From the NCBI GenBank assembly GCA_030141605.1, contig JAQGDQ010000420.1:138709-202708 (forward strand): a stretch of 64,000 bases of DNA, written 5' to 3'. The DNA comes from Tubiluchus corallicola (lineage: Eukaryota > Animalia > Priapulida). Positions 49,204-62,844 of this stretch are shown here, one piece after another (position 1 is the stretch's first letter; each line of letters opens with the position of its first letter). The notes below the pieces were generated by a model. It had not been told where the DNA came from. It worked only from the letters and a program-made list of their open reading frames with translations, and did no database searches. A program made the position numbers and the translations under genes.

Positions 49204-49820
49204 AGGAACACAGTACGATTTTTCATACACTAACCCATTTTCAAGTCCTATAAAAAGTACACATTTTAACACAATTAATACTGCAAAAGTTTTTCTGATA
49301 ATTAAATAATATATTAAAAACGTAATTAACGGCGAGTGAGCCCAACTATTGATGACATCACAAACTAACATAATTTTCAACAGCAAAAATATTCCACGAG
49401 TGTGTTGCACATGTTGAAAGAGAAAATTGAAGTACAGTGCTACTGCAAGATATTCAGTGTGTTGTACTAAAACTAGGCAAGTTTTAAGATAAAAATTCAA
49501 ATTTCACATTTACCGCTGTACTCACGCATGAGCTATCTAACGTGTGTAGTTCGTCACAAACTAGCACATCTGAACTGAGAGGTACAGGCGTACAGCACCT
49601 GCTTTTTTGTGCAATGCGTTTTCGAAATGCAGGTGCTAGTGCCTCTCTAACTAGCGAATGGCGAAATGCATGTAACAGCGAAGAACTAGTGGCGCGAAGA
49701 AATTGTGTTTGTGTGGTAATAATTCTTTCACGTAAATCATTTTTGAAAAAATAGTATGTTTCCTTTCAATATTTTAAAGAGTATATTGACCTACAGTTTA
49801 ACATTGGGTCCGTTTTTGCT
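49204..49820. mobile_element. ~620-bp Kolobok-like non-autonomous element, copy 1
   Basis: TTAA-AG...CT-TTAA termini; homologous along its length to 62845-63447. Confidence 0.7.
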
Positions 49821-51341
49821 TTAAAGTTAATCACAAGAAGATATAAACGTATCTTGTACAGTATCAAGATGGTGCCCAGTGAATCGACTGAACGATGAAA
49901 TGTCACAATGATCCAGTGATATGCCACACAGCCACCACAACCACAGGGCTACTATGCTACGCCCGTTTTCCTGGACCCATGTTGGTATACCATACTTATA
50001 TATAGCAGGTACCGTCGTTCTCTGAACGGAAGCCATGCAGACACGTTCCTTATATATAACGTCGGATTTGCAATGAAACGTAGAGTAAAATTTATTCTGT
50101 TTGTATAGTGGGTAGTATGTTGTGTGAACCGTGTGTAGCTGTTTATAGATGTTTGAGGAATGGCAGAGCTATTAAGACTTTATTTATAAAATAACACGTT
50201 TATTAAATATCGACACAATAAGTATAGTATATATAGCAATGCCAAGGCACCTGATCTAGCGAGTGAGACGCTCCAGCTTCCAGGTCCAATGTCAGACTCA
50301 ACTCTCCTGCCGGGCTGGGGCTGTCTGCCTCATATACGTGAGCAGCCTGACAGTGTGCAGCCTGACAACTGGCACAATTCTCCACCCACGCTATCACGTG
50401 GTACCACTCCTTAGCTGGTTTTCTATTGTGAGCATCTTATTAACATAATTGTTTCATATAATCTCCTGCTCTTAGTATAGTTTAACAGGTTCTCTTTACT
50501 CGTAGAATCTGATGTACTATGTCAAAGTCACGAGCCGAGTTTCATTTAGTCACAATGCTGCATAATATCTGCTGTAGATACAAACGTATTTTAATCATTA
50601 CAATATTGAGTCCATCCATCTTGTACAGTTTTCCTTTCGATAATGTAACTGATTATTTAACTAATGAAATTCTCTTAACTACAAATGTTATTTTAATTAA
50701 TAATGAATTGTTTATGAAATAATTGCAATGGAATAAACGTAATGCACCATTACATGACGTCATATACGCGCAACGTAAATCAGGGAAAGAAAACGAAATG
50801 TTAAATTACGTCCTAAAAACTTTCCACGCAAATCTATATTACTTAGCATTTCACTTACCTACTGGAAAGACCTAAGTAATTAGATTAATAATTTAAAATG
50901 TTTGTGCCAATTGGCAAAATGTCGCCGATTCGCCCTCCAGGGTGCACCACTCACTAACCACAAACGTATTTTTCATCTTATTGACAAGATTCAGTGATTT
51001 AAAATTTTACTTAATTAGCAACATGTATGCTACGAATGCTCTGATTATTTTTTCAAACTTTACTCAATGTTATCTAAACTTGTTTCAAACGACCTGCCAT
51101 TAAAATGCCTGCACCTAACGATCATTACGGGAGTTTAGATTTTAAACAAGTTTTATACAGCGTTACTGCTGACGCAAACCATGCATGTAAAAAGGTAGTA
51201 AGTGGTATAAAACTTCAAGATGATTTTTTAAGCTTATATAAGTGGAGCGTTTTCTTATGATGAATCGTTTAGGAAATAATTACATTATATTTCTCGCAGC
51301 ATGTCATCTAGCACACACTAAATAGAACACTAAAATAATAC

Positions 51342-51626
51342 TGTAACAAGTTTTATTATCAGCACTTTATTATAACAAAAAAGGGGGAAGAAAATAGTCA
51401 AATCTAACTAGGTAACAGCACTTATACTAGACAGAGAAGCACCTGTGTAAGAAATCAAAGCTGTGCAGATCTCTACACGCTTTTATACTGCCATTGCAGG
51501 TCAGCTGGCTTCTCACACCACGTGTAGGCCCAAACCAAACAAAAAGTGCCAGTCGCTGCTGTTAACCTGCAAGCAGGGCGTGCAGAGGATCCTATGCCAG
51601 GCCCGACTACAGGCGCCTTCGTAACA
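51342..51626 (-). mobile_element. Probable solo LTR
   Basis: TGTAAC...GTAACA ends, minus-strand TATAAAA and AATAAA, flanks ATAC/ATAT. Confidence 0.45.
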
Positions 51627-52486
51627 ATATTACTACCTTTATTAACTTCATAGAAAGTTTAGTTAGAGAAATCTTTCTCAACTTCTGTTTGGTTACAAAC
51701 TTAAATGCACGTATTCTATCATCTGTACAATGATTTATGATTTCATTTACTGTCGTAAATGTGATATTACTAGTAATAAAAATCATATATATGGTAAGAA
51801 AAGCAAGAACAAAAGTGACTTATTAGCGACCTAGATACGCCCCAAGTTCAAAAATTCTTTAATTTTTTCGCTTTTATCTCGTAGTCAAACTTATTCGTAT
51901 TTTGTGCATAACACTTTTTCATTCCTACAGCGTGAAAAATCAATATTTGCACTAAGAGTTTCCATAATTTCTTCAAGTTTATCTAGAATGATTAAAAAGG
52001 CCTCGCATCATCAGCGTGTTAACCCTTCAAATCAATATTTGAATTAAGAGTTTCCATAATTTCTTCAAGCTTATCTAGAATGATTAAAAAGGCGACGCAT
52101 CACCTGCGTATCAACCCGTCAATTGAAAACGCGTTTAACACACATTATTCATACTTGTTAAACACTTTACTGCTCAGTTCAAACAAATTTGGGTGGAGAC
52201 CAGATGTCAATTTCGGCAAAGATGATATAAACGGTGCATAAACCTGTCTTTTTTATCTTAAAACGCAATCTTTGAGTGGATTCGTAGGTGAATTATGCCC
52301 TACTAAAACGAGCGTGCAACTATTGAGAATGCACAACCAGACCTGTGTACCCCTGGATCATACGCCCCGTCAGGCATCACTAAATTCAATAGAAAAGTTG
52401 GACAGAACTCGAAAAAGCTGTTGCTGTCAGTGTGCCTGCGGGTAGATAACAACTCCATTACTTCAAATGCGGGTCACTGAGTGTGG

Positions 52487-52859
52487 TCAGTCTCTGGCGG
52501 TGTTCTCTTACAACTTGGTCGAACTGGCCAGTGCAAAATCTGGTAGCCACAGCTGTTGACCACTGCCTGAGCTCGAGAGTGACCAACAGGAGGTATCAGG
52601 ATTCACCCATATCGGATGTGTTCATCGAATACGTTGGGTTTAAAGTGAAAGTTTTCTCTCGACAAGGAAAAGGCATACATACAGCCAGTGGTTGCTTTTG
52701 AAGAGAAAGTTTTAAACATCTTACAAACTTTTGGAATTACTGCTGTCCATTTTGGAAAGATATCTCCATTTACATAGTCTAAGAACTTGAAGCCACGAAC
52801 AGAAACAATAGAAGAACTTGTTTGTGTAAACTTTGTGACCTAAATCACTTCCTAACAAG
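52487..52859 (+). other. Probable non-coding first exon / 5' UTR of the SLC5 gene
   Basis: GC-richer segment starting near an Inr-like TCAGT and ending at donor CAAG|GTACGA. The ATG exon has a good acceptor (TTTTCAG, 54288) just upstream of the ATG, which implies an upstream exon. Confidence 0.35.
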
Positions 52860-54306
52860 GTACGATATTTTGTTTTATTTTTAATATTTTAATGTGTCGC
52901 TTGTTGTGTTTTAAGATAGGCAGTGTTTTGTTAACCTTAAATAACATTTTCATAACAATGCTAAGTTTACAAGAACTATATCTCTTGTTTATGTATGACT
53001 AATTGCCAAAAGTATTATTTTTACGTTTTTTTAGTAAAATTACCGTATGAAAGTACAATCATTATGTTGATAAAGAGCTAATATAAGGATTTTAAGCCTA
53101 TGAATTGATATAGGATCTTCTGACCGCTGGTCAAGCTTGTTAATAATTACGCCACTGGACGCCAGTTAACAGATCAGCTCATCCGGGTTTTTAAATTGTC
53201 ACAGTAAAGGTTCCACGTTCGACTATTAGGCTATGTCAGATTTTTTGTTATAATCTAACATTTATAATTGATGGTAACGTTTAATAATATGACTTTAGCC
53301 CTTCCAAACGTATAAATAACATTTAATGGGCAGAACTGCAGGCGTTTGTCAATAAATGCCATTATTTTACTGTTCATTGCAGACTAAATTAGCACATATT
53401 TCAAGACAACTGCAGTGAAAAAACGTTACTTGAAATGCCTTAGGCAGCCTATGCGATAATGCAAGGTGGATTACCATTGTCTTAAATTGTGTCAGCACCC
53501 AAGTAACGTTGGCAAGGCGTCTTATGCCAAGATTTAATCACTACTTCGGTTAGAAGACGTTTAAATATGTGGCTTAAAACAAAACACTGGTGCGTCAAAT
53601 ACCGAATTAATGTTTTTGTCGCAAAATACAGTTTGATAAACTGCAAAAGCCTTATTAGCTGCAAGAGACTTGCTTCAATTATCTCGTTAAATACAGGCGC
53701 AATCATTGCTGTATACAAACAGTCGTTCTGTAGGTTGGCAAGAGTTAATAGATACATTATTGACATTGAAAAGTACAGTGTTGATGAGGTTGCGCCCGCC
53801 TGGAAGGTGACCCCCCCACGTTGTTTAACAAGAACTAAACATCTTACATTCGGTTCTTACTTTAGTTTAAACATAATTTATTATAGGATTGGATCAGACA
53901 GTTTGAACAACATGATTTAGAATCCTCACCACAACAAACTATACACACTATTTACAAGAACATTTACAGTAAGAATAGACTATAACTGCTTTGTACATTA
54001 AGAGAAGGCTTATTAGGGTACATTGATAAAGTTTCTTTTATTAGTAAGACTTTGACAAGTGTTTGAAAATAAAGCTAAAGAAATTGAACTGCTTTGTACA
54101 TTAAGAGAAGGCTTATTAGGGTTCATTGATAAACTTTCTTTTATTAATAAGCCCCAGTTATTTAGCTCTGGTCGCCAATGTTGAAATTATTAAAGTTAAT
54201 TTTGTGTCCAGAGGCACAAATATGGTCATTTATGTGCCTGTAATACAAATTGGCTTTGATGAATTCATCTTTGTCCTTCATTTTCAGCTGACAGTCAGTC
54301 GTCATC

Positions 54307-57300
54307 ATGTCTTCAGATTCTGAAGCTCAAATCAACACGTTCTCAATTGCTGATTACTGCGTCTTCGCCGGCGTCTTGGTCGTTTCTATGAGCATTGGAA
54401 TTTACCATGGCTGCACGGGTGGTCGCCAGAGAACAACCAATGAGTTCTTCATGGCCAACAGAAGCATGAATTGGTTACCTGTGGCACTGTCACTACTGGC
54501 CAGCTTCATGTCGGCCATTACTCTCCTTGGAACGCCAGCAGAGATGTATCAGTACGGAACTCATTATTGGATGATTGCTCCAAGTTACATCTTCACTATA
54601 TTTATCAGTACGCATTGTTTCTTGCCAGTGTTTTACAGATTCAAGATTACCAGCGCGTATGAGGTAAGTACTGGCGCGTTCAGACGTGTCACTCGGGTCT
54701 CTTATCTATAGCATTCTGGGTTATAGTGTTGTTTCCATGATAAGTAATATGTAAAAGCTTTGAAGAAGATGCTAACAGGTATCTCCTGTCATTGTGAAAT
54801 TAGTTGTAAGAAGTGGGAATGAATTCAAGTGTTCACAAGTGTTCACAAGCGTTCATAAGTGTTCACAAGCGTTCATAAGTGTTCACAAGCTTTGTTTAGG
54901 ACGATAAAATATCTCAGTTATAACTTGCTATACTTGGCGTATGCATTCTGTGTGTTTATATTGTACAGAAGTCTCTATTGCTTGTGCTTCTTACGAGAAG
55001 GAAGAATAAAACGATCAAACTAGCCGTTAAATTTTGTCGAACACACGGTGTAGTCTAATGGTAAACCACCCCCTGTCCGTCTGCGAGGTCGTGAGTTCGA
55101 CACTGTGACCTTACTGTCTCCCTCCTTCCACTCGCTCTCCTTTCCTGTCCTTTCAAATGCTGCTTTCTCTGTTTTCGACTCCCCTTCCTCTTCTCGGCTC
55201 TCTTCCTCTTTCCTCCTCTTCGCTCAGCTGTTCTTTCGCTCCCAACCTCACCTTTCTTCTCTCTTCTGCTCTTGTCTTAACGTCTCGCTCGCTACTTCAT
55301 CCCCCCCCCCAAATAACAGTATACCAATGGCTTTAAAAATCGAACCTGCTATTGCCTTGCCTGGCGCGTTGTGTTCAGGGTAAAAGTGGTGTAATGATAG
55401 TCACTGTTACGTAGCTTAGAATTGTTACTTGCAGTCGGCAGAAGCTCATTGTAAGAAAATCATTTTCGTGTAATTTCATCTGCCTTCTTTGAATGGCTCC
55501 GTTACCTCTTCTGTTTTCTGGAAACATCTAGTAAGTCCCTTCACCAAATTTTCAAAAAAAAAAACGGAAAAACTGTTTTCTCTATCCAAGAAGAGCGGTC
55601 TGAGGGAGTAACTTGAAATTTAGAATAGACACATTAAAGGCATTTTATTATTCTGTAGAAGGAAAAAATTGCGCCTAGAAAGTAAGACCTGCTCGTCTTG
55701 GAAAAAACAGAATTTAGTAGGTTATTGTGTGAGCTCAAGCGAGACAGTGTTGCCAAACACCATGTCACTTAGCAGCTCAAACCTCCAAGTCCGGTGCAAA
55801 CTGCTGCGATTGTAAGGTCAAAAGAATAGTGGACTAGCCTAACTGTTCACTTGTATAGGAGCTGCTCATTACGTATTTGTAACGCGCTTGCTGATTGGTT
55901 AAAGTGGATGCACCCCTTGACTTACTGCGTTTATCTGAAAATTTCAGCGAAAATGAAGTTCTTCAAAATAGAATTTTATTGCTGACCGGTTTCCAACAAT
56001 TATTTCTGTTCATTATCAACGCATCTAAAAATAAAGAAATGGGGAGTTTAGTGACAAAATGGCAGCTCCCTAGTTTTGAGTTTTGTTTTTACTGACATAA
56101 TGTTTTATGTTGTGGATTGGCAAAATATTAATCAACATTATGTAGGCTGTAAGGTCAATGTTAAAATATCCTCAAAAAAATCAAACAACATCTGGCAGCA
56201 GGAGTTTCCAATTATCCACACAATTTAGAGCTAACCCCAACCCTAATCCTAATCCTAACCCCAACCCTAATCCTAACCCCAACACTAATCCTAACGCAAC
56301 CCTAATCCTAACCCTAATCCTACCCTTAACCCTAATCCTAACCACAACCCTAACTCTACTCCAAACCCTAGCCCCAACTCTATCCCTAACCCTAACACAA
56401 TTTATACCCAAACCCTAATCCTAACCCAAACCTTAATGCTAACCCTTGTCCAAACCTTAATATTAGCCCCAATCCTAAGCCTAACCCTAACCGCAACACT
56501 AATCCTAACCCAACCATAACCCCAACTACAACCCTAATCCTAACCCTAATCCTAATCTGCTTCACAACGAATTTGTTGTGTGGGGGAATTATAAACTTTA
56601 CCATGACATTTGACTATGAAATACTGAAATACTTTTCCTTTCTACGTTCTCGTAAAATGTCTTTGATTTTAGATGCTTTGATAATGAACAGAAATCATCC
56701 AAAAGTTATCAGTTATCGGCTAAAAGTGAACCAGTTTCATGAGAAAGCCGTCAAGAACCAAACTGTTATTAAAATTAGCCGTGTTTAAGTCCTTAACATA
56801 ATAATCTTATTACTTATTATGTAGAAATGAAGACAAATGTTGATTTATATAAAAAACGATCTTGTTTTAGTATTTGGAACTGCGCTACAAATGCAAGTTG
56901 GTGAGAACGTTGGGATCTGTTACTTTCTCCATACAAATGGTACGCTATTCATAAACAAATTTCATAATTAATTATAGGTATTATAATTACATTTATTATT
57001 ATCATCGTTGTCGTCGTCGTCATCATCGTCATCATCATCTTCATCATTGTCATAATCATCATCATCATCATGATCATCATCTTCTTCTTCTTCACCATCT
57101 TCATCATCATCACCTTCATCATTATCATCATCATCATCATCTTTATCATAATCATCATCATGATCATGACCATCATCTTCTTCTTCTTCACCATCTTCAT
57201 CATCATCACCTTCATCATAATCATCATCATCTTCATCATTATCAACATCATCATCGTCATAATCATCATCATCGTCATTATCATCACCATCATCATCATC

Positions 57301-60300
57301 TTCATCATAGTCATCATCATGATCATCTTCACCATCTTTATCATCATTATCTTCATCATCTTCATCATCATCATCATCATCATCATCGTCATCATCTTCG
57401 TCGTCACCATTGTGATTATTATGATGATTATTATTGTTTTATTGTGACAATTATTCAAAAACTTAAAAATATTCACTTTAGTAAGCATCTGTGTTACCCG
57501 TCATTATTAAAGATAAGAATATAGGAAATTTTTTAATCAAAAGTTTATTGCATGATTTATTGCTGGGGTGTAAAACGTATTTTGTTTACTTTCAGATACT
57601 GTATATGGCAATTGTACTTTACGCCCCAGCCTTGGCACTGAACGCAGGTAAGTAAACTATTTTAAAGTACCAAAAATGTAGGGTAAACAATGTATACATA
57701 CTCAGCAATCGAGTTATTTGACAAAATATTTATTTGTTCTATGACATTACATACCACAATCCTGGTACAGATTATACAAAACAAGGCATCATTGATAAAT
57801 CTTTAGAGCTGATGTCAACATAGCACTGTCTATTATCTTTTTTCCTACCATTTCCACAAACACATCCTTCTACCCTTCCTGTGTGATCTAACCTTTCTCC
57901 CAGTTCTTTTTTTGTTCACTCATCCATTCTTATCGAGTTCACGTGACAGTGGGCTTACACAAGCCTTTGCTTTTCTAGCCCACTGCAGTACAATTATTCT
58001 TTTATGAAAACGATAGTGTATGAAACATAATCATCTAATACAGTATGACGTAATAATTTTAACGTCACTGTTTGCTTAATGTCATTATATTGTACTGAAT
58101 GTGAAAATAATAAACTAAACTAAAAAACTAAAAACTAAACTACATAAAGCTAAATATCTTCGGCTAGTAACAAAAAAAGAGTTATTTTCATTATAGGGAA
58201 AAGTTTTCTCCAAACGTGTATTTGAACCCGTGACATCTGGGTTGTACTTGTAGAAATGTCAGTTGGAATGCATAGCATACGACATGGCAACGGTCAAATT
58301 CAAAGTCAAACACAAAATAATTTATTGATTTAACATATATGATAATATATATATATTGTTATGAGTTGGAATTGGTTACACAAAACATGGTGAATAAACG
58401 GAGATGCATTTGCGACATTACTTCATTTTTAGTGCCAGTAAACACAAATTAACAAAAACAAAACATCAGGGCTGTCAACCTGAGCAGCCGCCATTACTTC
58501 CACCTCAATAACAACTCTCACTAACTAGGTCAAAAGCAAGTACAGAACACAGGTGAGAAGCCAACCTGGCGCTTAAATTAAAATCGGCAGGCGGGTCATA
58601 ACATCTCACCCCCCATAAGAAAAAAAACTTTGTTTTTTTTGTTTAGGTTTACTTTAAACAGTATCTTGATAAGGTGTCCGCTAACACATTGTCTTTACCC
58701 TTGACATGTACAATAATTAAATCATACTGTTGGAGGAACAGACTCCATCGCAATAAACGTTGATTCTTATTTCTGAATCTGTGTAAAAATGTCAATGGAT
58801 TATGGTCCGTAAATACAACAGTGGGTGAGTGATTACAAGTAACATAAAGCTCGAAATGTTGCATAGCCAAACTGAGTAAAGAACTTCAGTAAAGCATCAA
58901 CTACTGCTGCAGCTGTCATCTCCTTTAAAGGTATAGCTTCTGGAAACCTCGTCGTCAGATCCATAATAGTAAGAAGATACTGATATCCTGACTTCAGCAT
59001 ATCCTGGTTTTCGGCAGTGGCCCTACACAGTCAGTTAGGGTTCTGCTGAATGGTTCCTCAAATATTGGAAGTGGATAAAGTGGAGCTATGGGAATTTTAT
59101 GGTTTGGTTTGCCCACCATTTGGCAAACATGACAAGTTTTACAAAATTGAGAGACATCTTTTCTCAACTTTGGCCGAAAGAAGTGTTGTAAAATTTTATC
59201 TTGCGTCTTCTTAACACCAGCGTGTCCGGCTAATGGCAATTCATGGGCTATCTTCATTAGTTCTTTGCGGTAGCGTTGTGGTACTACAATTTGGTGGTGT
59301 ACACGCCAATCTTCATCTGCAGGAGCATCTGGTGGTCTCCACTTTCTCATGAGTACTTTGGACTGCATGTAGTAGCCTTCTGAAACATTGTCAATTTCCT
59401 CTTGTGACATGACTAGTGAAAAGAGCTTGTTAAGAGAAGGATCATTTGTCTGTGCCTTAATAAGTTCCTCTTGTTTCAGAGATAATGTTGGTGAATTTTT
59501 AACCATCTGTTCGGCAAACGTGTGGCTTAGCTTAAAGCCATCGAACCACTTTGGTTCTCTCTTGAGAAGGTAGACGGTGGTGAACTATCTTTGTCATCCA
59601 CTTGTTCTGAGCTGCTATCTTTGTTAGTCTGAGCCTGTGATCTTGTTACAACACAAGCAGGAAAAATTCCAGGATGCATTTCTTCAAGAATTTCAGTTTC
59701 CGCACCCATTTTTGGCTCAGGAGTGACAATAGGTGTAGCGGTTATAACCTCATCCCCAGCAACATCATTGCCAAGTAATAGGGACACTCCATCTACTGGA
59801 ATGTGAGAAACAATTCCTACTGTCACGGGACCTTTAACATAGTCCGAATTCAAGTTGATTCTGTGAAGTGGTACATCTATATATCCTCCTTCAATACCTT
59901 GAATTACAGCGCTAGCGTTTGTATAAGAAGTTTCATCAAGAGGGATTACACCCTGTAATAATAGTGACTGAGCAGCTCCTGTGTCTCGTAAAATTGTAAC
60001 AGGTTTAATTGTGTCCACAGACGACACTGGCGACACTTTGCCTGACGATAGAAAACTGCTATAGGTACTTTCTTTTGAAGAGTTGTGGGCAAAAGCAACT
60101 GGAGAGCCGGCTCGCTGCTTTTGTCGTAAGAGAATCCGACACTCTGATTTGAGATGCCCTTTCTTGCGGCAATATGCACATGTAGGCCCATCACGTTCAT
60201 AGCCTCCTCCCGATGCATCTTTATTATCTTGGTGGCGGCCTCCTTTAGAGCTTACAGTTTCCGAATGAGCAGTTTTTTCTTTTTCTAGAAATTTGAAGCA

Positions 60301-62187
60301 GTTTGTTTTAACATGACCTTTTTGTTACAATAGGTGCACTGTACAGATTTAAAATTAGCTTTATTTGCTAATTCATAATCATCTGCCATAACAGCTGCGT
60401 TTTGCAAAGAGTCTACCTGTTGATTCTCCAAATGCGTTTTGATCTGCATAGGGATACTGCTTTTAAAATCTTCCAGTAAAACCATTTGTCTTAGTTTTTG
60501 ATAAGATTCCCCAACGTTTAATGAACGACACCATCTGTCTAACATAACTTCTTTATCTCTTGCAAACTCGACATAAGTTTGATTTGATCCTTTCCGACTG
60601 TTCCTAAATCATTGGTTACACAAAACATGGTGAATAAACGGAGATGCATTTGCGACATTACTTCATTTTTATTGCCAGTAAACACAAATTAACAAAAACA
60701 AAACATCAGGGCTGTCAACCTGAGCAGCCGCCATTATTTCCACCTCAATAACAACTCTCACTAACTAGGTCAAAAGCAAGTACAGAACACAGGTGAGAAG
60801 CCAACCTGGCGCTTAAATTATTAAATTATATATATATTAAACAAGATAATGAAGGGCGACCTAAGAAATTGTGGCTTATGGCAGGCCATTAAAAGTTACT
60901 GCTTGTTCCAGGCAAACATCACACAGTTGTGACCAAAGTTCTTATTTTAGAGTTATATAGTTATAAATAGACATTTAAAATAAACTTGATTTAAAGATGG
61001 ATGCAGATTTTAATAACGTAACATGGAATATTACTGTATATGAGGGGGCATGATATTTAATTGAGAATTTCCTTACTTCTTAGTACATTGAATGAAATTA
61101 TAATTTTTCTTTGTCTAGTTTTGTAAGAGTGAAATTCAGAATTTCGAACGATTTAGCCAGAAAACAGTTTTGGTAAAAGATTATTAAGATATTTGTACAT
61201 GAAAGTTGCAGTTTGAACGTTATTTATATCCACATTGCGTAATTGTTTTAGTGATTCGAAAAGGGGCGTCGTGTGGTCAGTATGTCCAGGACTGGTTGCT
61301 TTTGACAATGACAATGCAAAAGCCCTAAAAATCACGTGTAATCATAGTTTTTTCCGACTTTTTTACATAATAGCAGACATAAAGCGTAAATTACTATACA
61401 GAATATCTATAGTCAGAAGTAATTTGAAGGGTTTAACCCTCCCCCCCCCATCCACACATACATAAACCAACACACATATACACACAAGCACGCCCACCAC
61501 ACACGCACGCACGCACGCCGACTATTGCGCGTCTGGCAGTGAAGAAAGACTGAAGTAAAAAAAACATTAAACTAAAACACTTCAAAAAAGAAAGAAAGAA
61601 AGAGAAAGAAGGCACAGAAAGAAGAAGGAAATGCAACACAAGTCTCCTGCACTTCAAGAAAAGAAAGCAAGAAATAGAAAGAAGACACAGAAAGAAAAAG
61701 GAAATCCAACACAAGTCTTTCACACTTCAAGAAATGAAAGAAAGAAATAGAAAGAAGACACAGAAAGAAAAAGGAAATCCAACATAAGTCTCTCACACTT
61801 CAAGAAATGAAAGAAAGAAATAGAAAGAAGACACAGAAAGAAAAAGGAAATCCAACATAAGTTTCTCACACTTAAAGAAATGAAAGAAAGAAGTAGAAAG
61901 AAGACACGGCAAGAAAAAGGAAATCCAACACAAGTCTCTCGCACTACAAGAAAAGAAAGAAGAAATAGAAAGAGGACACAGAAAGAAAAAGGAAATCCAG
62001 CACAAGTCTCTCATACTTCAAGAAAAGAAAGAAAGAAAGAGAAAGAAGATACAGAAAGAAGAAGGAAATCCAACACAATTCTTTCATGCTTGAACTCAAT
62101 CAATTTTTTTATTTTTCAGTAACGGGACTCAACATTTGGGGATCAGTTTTATCGATTGGTTTGGTCTGCACTGCCTACACAACTATA
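54307..62187 (+). CDS. SLC5 sodium:solute symporter (SMCT/SMVT/NIS-like), 5' portion; continues beyond the window
   Basis: Exons 54307-54663, 56871-56939, 57596-57647, 62120-62187 (GT-AG, phases 0/0/1/0). Motifs: DYCVF..SMSIGIY, PVALSLLASFMSAITLLGTPAE, SAYE|YLELRY, YMAIVLYAPALALNA, VTGLNIW..VCTAYTT. The exact SLC5A5/6/8/12 paralog cannot be resolved. Confidence 0.9.
55044..55410 (+). mobile_element. tRNA-derived SINE-like element
   Basis: A-box TAGTCTAATGG and B-box GAGTTCGAC at tRNA-like spacing, no intact cloverleaf, followed by a pyrimidine-rich body. Confidence 0.55.
56209..56591. repeat. Degenerate telomere-like (CCCTAA/CCTAAY)n tract between imperfect inverted repeats
   Basis: Hexamer tract ~56229-56555; flanks AATTATCCACACAATT and AATTTGTTGTGTGGGGGAATT. 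Confidence 0.8.
56990..57440. repeat. Degenerate (CAT)n microsatellite
   Basis: Directly visible. Confidence 0.95.
58357..60820 (-). mobile_element. Internally deleted Gypsy (Gmr1-like) LTR retrotransposon in SLC5 intron 3
   Basis: Full LTR 58357-58603 (TGTTATGA...TCATAACA) preceded on the minus strand by a polypurine tract; truncated second LTR 60611-60820. Minus-strand gag remnant with Cys knuckles, protease ILRDTGAAQS, integrase HHCC plus DCVGPLP..RFPEAIPL, then RNase H end VFTDHNPL..ADTLSR*. Flanked by (TA)n. Confidence 0.9.
60830..61300 (-). mobile_element. 3' fragment of an L2/CR1-group LINE
   Basis: HTTPLFESLKQL..MYKYLNNLLP C-terminal ORF2 remnant plus 3' UTR. Confidence 0.6.
61575..62085. 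repeat. ~73-bp purine-rich tandem repeat, ~7 copies
   Basis: CACTTCAAG recurs at 61723 and 61796; the unit contains GAAATAGAAAGAAGACACAGAAAGAAAAAGGAAATCCAAC. Confidence 0.93.
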
Positions 62188-62599
62188 GTAAGTAATCGTA
62201 TTACTTATTTACTTATTCTTATGAAAGCGACTGACCACGTGACTCACTGCTCGACCTGCCGAAATTACCCCTTTTAAATGTGATTAATTTTTTAAACGGT
62301 GCAGATAACTAAGAATATATGTCACTTTCTTATAAGGTATATTGAATATATCTTATCGCATTGACTGAGATCATCTGATACTAATACTTTAGTACAGCCT
62401 AGAACTAGTCTTGTTTCAGATGGAAATGGTGCTGCCCTCTTGTTTATGGAATGCGCTTCCAGATGAGGTTAAAAATCCCGAAGTATTGCTGTTTTTAAAC
62501 AACAAATTAAAACATTTTTTGACGCATTTTAAGTTTTTATTATTCTAATCTGTATCTGTATCTTGTGAATTTTAAATGCTTATACGCCAAAGAGCATTT

Positions 62600-62695
62600 A
62601 TTTATGGATTTTGGCATCAAAATTATTATTATTAATGTTATTATTATTATTATAATTATTGTTGTTATTGTTATTGTCATATTGTTGTTGTTGTG

Positions 62696-62762
<67 letters not shown>
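62600..62762. repeat. (ATT)n/(GTT)n microsatellite
   Basis: Directly visible. Confidence 0.95.
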
Positions 62763-62763
<1 letters not shown>

Positions 62764-62844
62764 TCACTTTCTGTGCCACGCCCCTAGATTCACCCCTATA
62801 ATCTTGCGTAATTGGAACCAAGACAATGTGAAATAAACTTATAA

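Noticed and set aside
50118-50445. Possible solo LTR (TGTTG...TAACA)
   Set aside because: No matching TSD and weak terminal repeats.
56949-57488. Met-rich and Ile-rich ORFs
   Set aside because: (CAT)n microsatellite in an intron.
61433-62122. Cys/Phe-rich repeated ORFs
   Set aside because: Translations of the 73-bp intronic tandem repeat, with the frame shifting every unit.
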